The notes under the pieces: generated by a model
What the model was told of the DNA's origin: nothing
The model's database searches: none
The model's input: only the letters and a program-made list of their open reading frames with translations
Translations under genes and position numbers: made by a program
Source of the DNA: an uncultured virus (IMG/VR IMGVR_UViG_3300035698_011514)
Lineage: Duplodnaviria > Heunggongvirae > Uroviricota > Caudoviricetes
IMG/VR virus record: IMGVR_UViG_3300035698_011514
Length of the DNA stretch: 20,000 nt
Reading direction: 5' to 3' (one strand)
Shown: positions 1 through 8,085 of the stretch, piece by piece
Layout of the letters: each line of letters starts with the position of its first letter
Position numbering within the stretch: the first letter of the stretch is position 1

Positions 1-17
1 ATGTTTGTTCGGCTAAA

Positions 18-49
18 AAATAAGGTAGCCTGTGATGGCTACCTTATTT
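18..49. terminator. Intrinsic terminator hairpin, probably bidirectional
   Basis: Perfect 13-bp inverted repeat AAATAAGGTAGCC-tgtgat-GGCTACCTTATTT with an A-tract at 15-20 (U-tract on the - strand), just downstream of the - strand operon ending at 68. Confidence 0.8.
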
Positions 50-67
50 CTTCACTAGGCATGAGAT

Positions 68-394
68 TCAGGTTGGTCGAATGGAGATTAGGGAAGGGTG
101 CCACTCTAGGGGTTCTGAAGATCCGTCTCCGAAGAACCGATTGAGATGTTCAACGATCAATTCCTTCATTTCGGGCTCAATCTTGAGGAAGAAATCCTGT
201 TCGAAGTGGCTGACAATGGGGGATACAAGATCCAAAGAATTCTTCTGCATCTGAATTTTATGATATCTCCGGAGGATATCTGTCTTTGTCTTATCTTGAC
301 AGGATGTCTGGAAGCTACAATGAAACTGGCACTCTTCATGAGTTTCGTCATAGAATCCGTGACAATCTAGCCCTGTTGGAATTCTGTGAGACAT
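68..394 (-). CDS. Small Cys-cluster hypothetical protein (C-x10-C-x3-C-x5-C; putative metal binding)
   Basis: 108-aa ORF starting 5 nt after the vWA gene stop, with an AAGGTG SD-like sequence; N-terminal CHGFYDETHEECQFHCSFQTSC. Confidence 0.7.
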   Translation of the reverse strand: MSHRIPTGLDCHGFYDETHEECQFHCSFQTSCQDKTKTDILRRYHKIQMQKNSLDLVSPIVSHFEQDFFLKIEPEMKELIVEHLNRFFGDGSSEPLEWHPSLISIRPT

Positions 395-399
395 AGTGA

Positions 400-2544
400 T
401 TACACCTTTTTTAGATGGTGGTTTCGTAGATGGGATGCGAAGGCTTCGGGTAGGTCTTCAAATCCTCGGATCGTGACGCAGTGTGGTAATCCTTCTGTGT
501 GGGGAGAGAACCCTGTTTGGCAGATATTGAGCAAGAGTGGCGATACCTGTTTGGAAGCATGTGCCCACCGCACCTTAAAGAGGTGAAGTGGGTCTCCGCT
601 CCCATTACAGGCGTAATATGGCGCCCCATCCGAGATCAAGATCAGGTGCTTATTCTTTTCGGATCGGGACAGGAGTATTTGCAAAGCCTTATCCACAGCG
701 TCACCAAGGGGCGTGTAGCCCTGCGGGTGGAAGCCCGCCATTCTGGCTTGTGTCTTGAGCGCGAAGGGTTCGTGGAAGTCTTTTGCCACGTTCAGGATGA
801 GATGATCATAGTGTGTGTACCTATCGCCCCTCATGGGTTTCACATCAGACACCTGACAGGTAAAACCCACAACAGCGAAGGGTACATTTAGACTCTTGAG
901 GATAGATCCGATAGCGAGGAGAGAAATGATTGCAATATCCAAAACAGATGTCATGGATCCTGACAAGTCAAACATGATAATCACGCAGGACTTATCCGCT
1001 TTCTCCTGTGACCTAATTTCAAAAGGTCTAGGCTTATTGGCATGAATCGTCGAAAGGCTTCGAGTTGAGACTTGGCGCCCGCTTGTTTGGTAGGGCTTGC
1101 GGACACTCTTGTCTTTGTTTTCAAGCATTGACACAAGAGGCGGGCGCAGCTTGGTCAAGTAGGGCTGCGCTTGAGGCATGTAAACCCTCAAGGCATTCTC
1201 ATTCTCTCTCCCTTCGCTAATTTGATCTTTGACGCTTGAAGGCCGCAGAATACGGTTTTCGAGATGCCCCTTCTGGAACTCATGCTGGATATGTTTTTGG
1301 ATATCTTTGTTGAAGCTGTCTGAAATATCCGTATCTACTTGTATATCTTTTTCTTCCATGTCAGACAGGCTTTTCCTACAATTACTGCCTCCATTCTTCG
1401 CAGGAGCGGGCGCGTGGTTTTCCCCATCCTCTTCCGTTCCCTCCACGTCTTTTCCATCTTCGTCAGGATCTACATCCCCATCGAAGTCACCGGGATCACC
1501 GTCACCGGGATCACCGTCACCGGGATCACCGTCACCGGGATCACCGTCACCGGGATCACCGTCACCGGGATCACCGTCACCGGGATCACCGGGTTCCCCC
1601 TCACCTGAATCCTCATCAGGATCACCGGTGTCCCCCTTACCGGGGTCCTCTCCATCGGAATCATCCTCATTGGACTCCCCTTTACTGGGCTCCCCTTGAG
1701 AGTCATCTTTGCCCGCATCATCTTCTTCTGCTTCTTCATTGCCGCTCGGTTCCTCCAGATGATCGAGCAAGAGAAAGAGCGCCTTCAGGGCGACGGTCAA
1801 AGTCTTGTAGGTATCGTCTGCTATCAGCGCCTCATGCAAGAGTGCCTGAGGATAGATGTCTTTGATCTCCTGCGGGCGCTCAGGCAAGTCTTTTAAATAT
1901 ATTAAAGATTTACAATGATCTCTTAGATACATTATTGAGTGAGCGCAGTACCATTCGGTTGTGCCTTCCACCAAATGCTGCACCACTTCTTCTTTCTTCC
2001 AGATATAGTTGTGGACGGACTGAAGAAGGTAGGGGGCACCGGGAAATCTGGCACATCCTTTACGCTCGATCATGACATCTTCAAAGACATTCCAAAACGT
2101 CTTGATGAGGGGCTGGACTTTCGCTATCTTTTCAACATCCCATAAGGGTTCAATGGCTTTGAATATCTTTTTGACGTTCGGAACACCTCTTAGCGTGTAC
2201 AGGGAATGAAACACCTCATGGAGCAACCCCCCGTCCAGAGCTGTCTGTATGTCTGTGGGGCTATCTGGTGGTATGGAAGGCATGAAGATTGTGTTAGGTG
2301 ACTTTGACTTCTCGTAAGACAGGTTCACCTTCGCGTAAGCTTTTTCTACGACGTCTTCACTGAAGTTTATTTCTTTGGAGCGAAACACTTCTAAAGCGAT
2401 ACCAATGACACGAAAGTCTGAGCTGTTGGCGAAGTCTCCACCGCCCACTTTCACTTTCAGATCGGCCTCGCGCGCGATGATGCGCGCGACCGTCCCATGC
2501 TGGCGCTCGTAATCCCCTACCCATTGGTTCAGGATCGTCTTCAT
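400..2544 (-). CDS. CobT-like vWA protein: N-terminal HExxH domain, acidic linker, C-terminal vWA/MIDAS
   Basis: LLHEVFH plus WNVFEDVMIE; long D/E/G-rich linker; MIDAS DLSGSM...GYTP...LISDG. ATG at 2544 follows GGAG and overlaps the upstream stop (ATGA). Confidence 0.85.
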   Translation of the reverse strand: MKTILNQWVGDYERQHGTVARIIAREADLKVKVGGGDFANSSDFRVIGIALEVFRSKEINFSEDVVEKAYAKVNLSYEKSKSPNTIFMPSIPPDSPTDIQTALDGGLLHEVFHSLYTLRGVPNVKKIFKAIEPLWDVEKIAKVQPLIKTFWNVFEDVMIERKGCARFPGAPYLLQSVHNYIWKKEEVVQHLVEGTTEWYCAHSIMYLRDHCKSLIYLKDLPERPQEIKDIYPQALLHEALIADDTYKTLTVALKALFLLLDHLEEPSGNEEAEEDDAGKDDSQGEPSKGESNEDDSDGEDPGKGDTGDPDEDSGEGEPGDPGDGDPGDGDPGDGDPGDGDPGDGDPGDGDPGDFDGDVDPDEDGKDVEGTEEDGENHAPAPAKNGGSNCRKSLSDMEEKDIQVDTDISDSFNKDIQKHIQHEFQKGHLENRILRPSSVKDQISEGRENENALRVYMPQAQPYLTKLRPPLVSMLENKDKSVRKPYQTSGRQVSTRSLSTIHANKPRPFEIRSQEKADKSCVIIMFDLSGSMTSVLDIAIISLLAIGSILKSLNVPFAVVGFTCQVSDVKPMRGDRYTHYDHLILNVAKDFHEPFALKTQARMAGFHPQGYTPLGDAVDKALQILLSRSEKNKHLILISDGAPYYACNGSGDPLHLFKVRWAHASKQVSPLLLNICQTGFSPHTEGLPHCVTIRGFEDLPEAFASHLRNHHLKKV
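1486..1590. repeat. Perfect tandem repeat, 7 x 15 bp (GTCACCGGGATCACC), encoding (GDPGD)7 on the - strand
   Basis: Seven identical units read directly from the sequence. Confidence 0.98.
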
Positions 2545-3635
2545 CGCCAAGCTCCTTCCGTGTCATCAAGACAGGGGAGTAAGATACGGCGCAAGATTTC
2601 CCGCTGCTCCGGATCGAACCAATCCATCCAATCTTTCGCCGCGTGGCGGATCATGCCAACCTTTTCCATGTCTCTCTCGTTCCAACGTTCTTGGACGTCT
2701 ACGAGAGATTGACACCAATTGACGATGCGTCGATGGGAAAAAGACCCAAATATTTCCCCTTTCGCGATTGCATCTCGAATGAGTCCAGCACCGTGGAGCA
2801 TCATGCTTATAACTTTCTTTGGAAGAGAAGGGAATCTCTTCACAAGAATCTCCAATTCCTCTTCCTTATTAAGGAAAGGATAGTGGACCACGACATTGAA
2901 GCGGTCCAAGATGGATTCATCCATTTGCTGCGAAGTTGCGTAGAGGGACGTTGAATCCCCTCTCCCGCTTGAATTCGCTGTTGCAATGATCTGTGTGCCC
3001 GGAAATATCGTGATCGTTACTTTCAACTCCGGGACGAAAATGCTCTTAGCATTATCGTCCATGGCATGACGGAATATCTCGTGATAAACGGGTGGTGCGC
3101 GATCTATATCATCCATGAGGATAGTCACAGCCCGCTTCACCCCGTCCTTCCCTTCGCGGCCTTCGAAATCCAAAAGAAGCGGCCCCTTCTCGAATCGCGT
3201 CACGGATGCTCCATTCAACTCTTCAATTACCGTTCGCCCCAGATACAGTTCGGGATCCAGAGACTCACGCATCGCATAGTGAGAGCATTCGCGGTTGAAG
3301 TCGAATCCTAAGGCTCTAAAAATCGCGCTCTTTCCACTTCCGGCGTCACCATAGACGAAGATATGTCTTCGCTTGGAATAGGCTCTTGCGACGCGCGTAG
3401 CGGCTTCCCCGCTTGCGGCTTTTGCGGGATACTGGTAATAGGCTGGTAGGAGAAATTTGTAAAAAACCTCTCCTTCGTCTGCCCTGTACTCGTCTTCCCC
3501 CACAAGAAAAGTGATGGGCAGACGCTTGGATCCTTTCTTCTCTATTTTCTTCCCCTGTTCAAAGTGGGCGTGTATCGCTTCTTCTAAGCTGTCCTGATCC
3601 AAACTCTTTGTATCATGCTTCAGTTGTTCAATCAT
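2541..3635 (-). CDS. CobS/CbbQ/MoxR-family AAA+ ATPase
   Basis: Walker A GDAGSGKS, Walker B ILMDD, sensor-1 IATAN, QMDESILDRF arginine-finger region, SHRR sensor-2; adjacent to the vWA gene. Start moved to ATG 3635 because the longer ORF (to 3812) overlaps the divergent methyltransferase; the start is uncertain. Confidence 0.85.
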   Translation of the reverse strand: MIEQLKHDTKSLDQDSLEEAIHAHFEQGKKIEKKGSKRLPITFLVGEDEYRADEGEVFYKFLLPAYYQYPAKAASGEAATRVARAYSKRRHIFVYGDAGSGKSAIFRALGFDFNRECSHYAMRESLDPELYLGRTVIEELNGASVTRFEKGPLLLDFEGREGKDGVKRAVTILMDDIDRAPPVYHEIFRHAMDDNAKSIFVPELKVTITIFPGTQIIATANSSGRGDSTSLYATSQQMDESILDRFNVVVHYPFLNKEEELEILVKRFPSLPKKVISMMLHGAGLIRDAIAKGEIFGSFSHRRIVNWCQSLVDVQERWNERDMEKVGMIRHAAKDWMDWFDPEQREILRRILLPCLDDTEGAWR

Positions 3636-3681
3636 ACTTTTGGACACGCTAGACCTCTTTGAAGTAGGATCATCCCTAGCA

Positions 3682-3690
3682 CCATACGCA
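3682..3690 (-). promoter_or_regulatory. Partial copy of the shared promoter motif (TGCGTATGG) upstream of the AAA/vWA operon
   Basis: Reverse complement of CCATACGCA in the divergent intergenic region; no TTG at the -35 position. Confidence 0.45.
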
Positions 3691-3731
3691 TTAAAGTCTA
3701 AAATAACTACCCCCAAATTAAAGGAACCCCC

Positions 3732-4637
3732 ATGCGCGCACCATATCCCTACTTCGGCGGAAAAAGTAAAATCGCTCCTCTCATATGGGAGCGCTTTGGG
3801 AAGATTCGGCATTACGTCGAACCTTTCGCGGGATCGTTAGCCGTTTACCTAGGCTGTCCAGAAGGGGTTCACCCCGCGAACACGACGCTCAATGACCTTG
3901 ATGGGTATATTACTAATTTTTGGCGCTCTGTGAGATCACGCCCTCTCGATGTGGCAAGTCACGCAAAGAGACCTCGATCTGAAATAGACATGGTCGCCTG
4001 CCATGGGGAGATCCAGAGGAGACGTGAAACCTTGACCTTAAACCTTATGCGCGATCCTTATTACTGTGATCCCGAACTCGCGGGTTGGTGGGTTTGGGGT
4101 ATGTCTGTGGCGATAGGAGATCGTTGGCTTCAAATTTTTGAAGATCCTGAGCCTTTCCGCTCCGCCGCACCAAAGCTAGAAACTTCGGGTGTGTTCTCCG
4201 TGTATTCGGGAGGGCTTGAGAAGTGGATGCAAGATTTGGCTGCTTGTCTTGTGGAGTCGCGCATCTTGTGTGGAGACTGGAAGCGGTGCGTTACGGATGG
4301 CATTCTGTATTATCGAGATTGGGATACGGGCATATTTTTGGACCCACCTTACAAGGGGGAAGGTCGCAGGAAAAAGATTTATAGTTTTGACCTCGCAGAT
4401 GAGGTCGACCTTCATAAAGAAATACAAGATTTCTGTCTCGACACAGGGACGAACACGAAGATAGCTGTATGTGGTTACGAAGGGGATTTTGAGTTCCCGG
4501 AAACATGGGAATGCGTGTCGTGGAAATCTAACGGCGGCTACGCTAGTGATGGCGCGGGGAGAGAGAATCGAGATAGGGAGCGCATATGGTTTTCTCCCGC
4601 CTGTCAGAAGCCTGATAAGACGCCTAGCCTGTTCTAG
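3732..4637 (+). CDS. Dam-like (D12 class) N6-adenine DNA methyltransferase, copy 1
   Basis: APYPYFGGKS (motif X), YVEPFAGS (motif I), LNDLD (motif II), FLDPPY (motif IV); AAGGA SD. Confidence 0.9.
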   Translation: MRAPYPYFGGKSKIAPLIWERFGKIRHYVEPFAGSLAVYLGCPEGVHPANTTLNDLDGYITNFWRSVRSRPLDVASHAKRPRSEIDMVACHGEIQRRRETLTLNLMRDPYYCDPELAGWWVWGMSVAIGDRWLQIFEDPEPFRSAAPKLETSGVFSVYSGGLEKWMQDLAACLVESRILCGDWKRCVTDGILYYRDWDTGIFLDPPYKGEGRRKKIYSFDLADEVDLHKEIQDFCLDTGTNTKIAVCGYEGDFEFPETWECVSWKSNGGYASDGAGRENRDRERIWFSPACQKPDKTPSLF

Positions 4638-4643
4638 ATTGAA

Positions 4644-4671
4644 AAGCCCGCTTAGAAATCTAAGCGGGCTT
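4644..4671. terminator. Bidirectional intrinsic terminator between convergent genes
   Basis: Perfect 12-bp stem AAGCCCGCTTAG-aaat-CTAAGCGGGCTT with A-rich left and T-rich right flanks. Confidence 0.85.
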
Positions 4672-4679
4672 CTTTATTA

Positions 4680-5609
4680 TCAGCGTCCTAGAGCTGCCTC
4701 AATCACGTCGCCCCACTTGGCTTTCAAATAGGTCCGGATCTTGGTGACTAGATAATACACGGATCGCTCCGTGTAAGGCTTGAGAGACGTGCCCTCAATA
4801 AATGTTTTGTTCAGAGCCTCAACGAGTGGTATCGTCACCGTCTTATTGTTTAGGACGATCGTGATTGGCTCACGTCCAATCTGCACTGCGTTTTCAACAT
4901 CAGGATTCTCAAGATAGGCTTGCCAGATCATTCCCAGCGCGGGGTCTTGCTTCTCCAGATCTCTTCGGATCGTGTCTACCATGCTCTTGAGATCTGTGCG
5001 TAGCTCATTTTGATCAGATTTGTTCAAGCCCTGAAGGTCTACGATGCGTTCTGAGAGTTGCTTCTTGTCTTCACCTGTACCCGTATCTTGCAGCGACTTA
5101 CCTTGCTGGTTCACGACCACATGGCGGCTTTGCTTTCGCATCCATGAAGATCCCAGCTGGAAAACACGATTCTTGACGAGCTTGACGATATCCAAAGGAC
5201 TGCGCCCCGTGGCGAGGTAATCCGAACATATCTGCCCGATGTCACCATGACCGAACTTGGAGCCATTAGCACTATCCGTACCCGTCACGAGCGATGTGAC
5301 GACATGGGAAAGCATATCGTCAAAATCTTCTTTAGATAAAGATCGTGACTTCGATTGAAAATCACGAAAGACCTTCATCGTCGAAGTCATGATCTCGTGC
5401 CCCCAATTCCAACCCAAACTCGTGTCTACTTTGTGCGTAGTTAGAATTGAGTTGAACAAGACTTCAATGTCTCGCTTCGAGTAGGAGTCATTAAACGCCT
5501 TCTTGAAGAACCCGCGCACTGCTTTGACAAATCTTACGTTCAGGGGGAAAGACGCATAGACGCGCTTGCGTTCAGCATCAATACGAGCTACGACATTTCG
5601 ATTCGGCAT
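4680..5609 (-). CDS. Hypothetical protein; candidate divergent sigma70/ECF-like factor
   Basis: 309-aa ORF with GGAG SD. Segments resemble sigma region 2 (EDFDDMLSHVVTSL; KLVKNRVFQLGSSWMRKQSR) and region 4 (LEKQDPALGMIWQAY; TERSVYYLVTKIRTYLK). The ORF is solid; the function is tentative. Confidence 0.5.
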   Translation of the reverse strand: MPNRNVVARIDAERKRVYASFPLNVRFVKAVRGFFKKAFNDSYSKRDIEVLFNSILTTHKVDTSLGWNWGHEIMTSTMKVFRDFQSKSRSLSKEDFDDMLSHVVTSLVTGTDSANGSKFGHGDIGQICSDYLATGRSPLDIVKLVKNRVFQLGSSWMRKQSRHVVVNQQGKSLQDTGTGEDKKQLSERIVDLQGLNKSDQNELRTDLKSMVDTIRRDLEKQDPALGMIWQAYLENPDVENAVQIGREPITIVLNNKTVTIPLVEALNKTFIEGTSLKPYTERSVYYLVTKIRTYLKAKWGDVIEAALGR

Positions 5610-5800
5610 CAGGATACTCCAGCCTCAACGGGCGCTTGTGGAAGAGATACGATAGCATCTGTGGGGGGGTGAACGGAAAATTTGCTTGCGGCTCTTAAGT
5701 TAAATACCCGTAAGCATTTCGCTAGACATTATTTCCCCTTGACTAGAAGGGAAATTTCATCCTAAAGTTTGGAAGTTATGATCGCCATAACGTCTATCTA

Positions 5801-6160
5801 ATGCAAAAATATAAAACATCTTCAAAAAGAGCATTCACGATGAATACAACCCATATGAAAGCCTACTTTGAATCCTCACAGAAGACTATTTTTACTAAGA
5901 GGGATATGAAGGCATACTTTGAAGATCAGGGTTTTGCAAAATATAAGACCTTTCAGTCTCTCCAGAGCAGTCTGCGCAAAGACGTGACGAGCGCCTTTAT
6001 TTTGGAGCTAGATGCAGACGTGTATTGCTACCCCCAAAAAGAAACCTCTGCCGAGAGAGCCTTGCCTACGTTGGACGCCGACTTTTCGGTATTCTTGACA
6101 GGGGAATGGCTGCGACTTTGGCGATCCTATAATAGGCTACAAGATAGCAAATCGCGGTGA
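5801..6160 (+). CDS. Hypothetical protein with an internal MKAYFE duplication
   Basis: 119-aa ORF converging on the next gene; the start may be 5840 or 5855. Confidence 0.6.
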   Translation: MQKYKTSSKRAFTMNTTHMKAYFESSQKTIFTKRDMKAYFEDQGFAKYKTFQSLQSSLRKDVTSAFILELDADVYCYPQKETSAERALPTLDADFSVFLTGEWLRLWRSYNRLQDSKSR

Positions 6161-6165
6161 GTCTG

Positions 6166-6555
6166 TCAGCAGCATCGACTGCGCTCGCATGGATTGAAAT
6201 AAGAAGGCGTACAACAATTGTCTGAGCTGCTCGGTCCTCCTCTGACAATCTGCAAGAAAAAAGCCCACCAAGCGTCGTAGGAAACTCTGTAACAATGTTG
6301 AGTCATTAAGACCGTATTCTGTTCACATACAAAATAATCTAAAGTGCATCGGGAAAGATTCGCGGCGACAACTAGTTTCCGCACGATCGTGTTGGTCGCT
6401 GGATTGCCTGATATATAGTATTCTGAGTTTACGATTGGACCATCTTGAATTACCATATCTGGTAGCTTCATTGAAGATATCGTACCCATTGTGCTAAAAC
6501 CTTGAGTGATTGAGGCTGGAAGCCCCGGCAATGCAAATGGCGTAGCTATCGGCAT
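6166..6555 (-). CDS. Hypothetical protein with a Cys-rich C-terminus
   Basis: ATG 6555 preceded by AAGGGGG SD-like sequence; ends NCCTPSYFNPCERSRCC. Confidence 0.65.
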   Translation of the reverse strand: MPIATPFALPGLPASITQGFSTMGTISSMKLPDMVIQDGPIVNSEYYISGNPATNTIVRKLVVAANLSRCTLDYFVCEQNTVLMTQHCYRVSYDAWWAFFLQIVRGGPSSSDNCCTPSYFNPCERSRCC

Positions 6556-6612
6556 GATACCCCCCTTTATACCCATGTTCTTATAGACCTATTTATAAAC
6601 AGGAGATTTCTA

Positions 6613-7248
6613 ATGTTTAACATGCAAGCTGATCCGGATCGTCCCGGCTACGTCACGCCTTATGCCATAAATCACCTTCTCACTTATGTGGAAAAAGAAG
6701 GTCTGGACTTCAAAACCTATTACAAAGATGAAGGGTATCCTTGGGTTTACTGGAAGATGTTGTATTTTTTGGTGTGCTTCTGGGACAAGCTAAGTCCCGG
6801 ATTTCTTGAACACTTTAACACAAGAGTTTCTAACGCATCTTCCAAAGAGATCCTGTTCCCTTCCAGAGAGACACATGGAGACTGGACAAAGATCAACGTG
6901 TACTCTACATTAAGACATGAACTCGTGCATATTCGAGATGCGCGTAGATTTCCAATTCTCTTTCAGCTCTCCTACACATTACTACCCCTCCCCGCTTTGT
7001 TTGCTTATTGCCGCGCTGATTGGGAGTTTCGGGGGTATGCACAAAACATGATTGCTTCTTACAATCACCACGGTGTCATCGAAGATTCTCAGATAGAATT
7101 CATCGTAAGCAAGTTTAGTGGGTCTTTGTATTTTTGGATGTTTCCTTTTACAAAGACGATGCGCCGCAAGGTCAAAGCTCTAGCAAAAGACATCGAAGAA
7201 GGAACCGTTTATGGCTACTATCCAAAAATCCATATCTGGCAGTATTGA
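6613..7248 (+). CDS. Putative zincin-like metallopeptidase
   Basis: STLRHELVH (HExxH) with a downstream acidic ligand candidate in ADWEFRGY; AGGAG SD. Confidence 0.7.
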   Translation: MFNMQADPDRPGYVTPYAINHLLTYVEKEGLDFKTYYKDEGYPWVYWKMLYFLVCFWDKLSPGFLEHFNTRVSNASSKEILFPSRETHGDWTKINVYSTLRHELVHIRDARRFPILFQLSYTLLPLPALFAYCRADWEFRGYAQNMIASYNHHGVIEDSQIEFIVSKFSGSLYFWMFPFTKTMRRKVKALAKDIEEGTVYGYYPKIHIWQY

Positions 7249-7726
7249 CACATCCTCACAGTCTTATTTAGAATTCGCCCGAAGAATCCTTAAACCTACA
7301 TTTGAGACTTCCTACTGGAAAGCTAGATGTCTGACGAAAGGGTTTCACGGCGTTTTTTATCAGGTGCGCTGTGGTGCCGACAACATGCCGCAGCTATCAG
7401 CTTACCCCTTTTGGTCACACATGACGGAGGACATGCGTGGGGACTTCCAGAAAAACCTTAAAGATATAGACCTCGATGCTGATATCTTGATTCTATCTCT
7501 CTACGCGACTTTGAATCAGGATCCGCGCACGCAGCGGGAACCGAGGTCGCGTCATAACTATGTGTTAATGTTTAGGAAAGACTCTTTACACTTTGGGTAT
7601 TACGACTCGCCCATTGCAGATCAGGTTCATCTGAAAGAAAACTTGAAAGAGCATCAGAAACTAATTTCGCAATCCCTCCACAATTTTTTTGAGCATTTCC
7701 CTCTCGCTGCGTATGAGGATATGTAA
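7211..7726 (+). CDS. Hypothetical protein
   Basis: 171-aa ORF, GAAGGA SD, overlaps the upstream gene end. Confidence 0.7.
   Translation: MATIQKSISGSIDTSSQSYLEFARRILKPTFETSYWKARCLTKGFHGVFYQVRCGADNMPQLSAYPFWSHMTEDMRGDFQKNLKDIDLDADILILSLYATLNQDPRTQREPRSRHNYVLMFRKDSLHFGYYDSPIADQVHLKENLKEHQKLISQSLHNFFEHFPLAAYEDM
7689..7717 (+). promoter_or_regulatory. Shared promoter motif TTGAGC-N17-TATGAG
   Basis: T-tract, TTG, 17-nt spacer ending GCG, TATG; same geometry as 8989, 13885 and 14450. Confidence 0.6.
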
Positions 7727-8015
7727 GAAGCACCAGACCCTGAACGCTCTTCGCGCACTCTCTGACGACAAGAACAACGAGCGCGCACGCGCCCTGATCC
7801 CCACCGTGCGTAACCCGCAGGTTTGTGACGGGAAGATCATGGAAGACGTGCCCTCCTCCTCCTCCGACGCGGAGGATTACCGCGTGGTCATCCATCTCGG
7901 CTCGCAGCGGCGGCGATGTGCGTGCGAGGCGCATGTAAGGTTCCGCCAGCGGGCGTGCATGCACGTTCCGGCGGTGGGCATGGTGGTGAAGAACGTCTTG
8001 AGCCTCCTGTCTTGA
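7713..8015 (+). pseudogene. SWIM zinc-finger paralogue of 13980-14282, start codon apparently lost
   Basis: CACEAHVRFRQRACMH (CxC..CxH); long DNA identity blocks with the other copy; AAG at 7725 aligns to the paralogue's ATG; no SD. Could still be translated from ATG 7713. Confidence 0.55.
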
Positions 8016-8040
8016 CATGAGGGGGAGGGGGTGCTAGGAA

Positions 8041-8075
8041 AGATCGGGCCAAGAGACGGCTCGCTCTTTTTTTTT
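8041..8075 (+). terminator. Probable intrinsic terminator
   Basis: Imperfect stem AGATCGGGCC-aagagac-GGCTCGCTCT followed by a long T-run. Confidence 0.55.
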
Positions 8076-8085
8076 AAGGAAGCAC

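Noticed and set aside
1486..1590. Repeat as a CRISPR array or collagen-like domain; overlapping + strand ORFs (SPSPG)n and (VTGIT)n
   Set aside because: No spacers; the period is 5 aa rather than Gly-X-Y; the alternative ORFs are by-products of a stop-free repeat
400..3635. Genuine cobalamin cobaltochelatase cobS/cobT
   Set aside because: No cobN or other cob genes in the window; only family-level similarity is supportable
3636..3812. N-terminal extension of the AAA ORF given by the track
   Set aside because: It overlaps the divergent methyltransferase start and spans a promoter-like intergenic region
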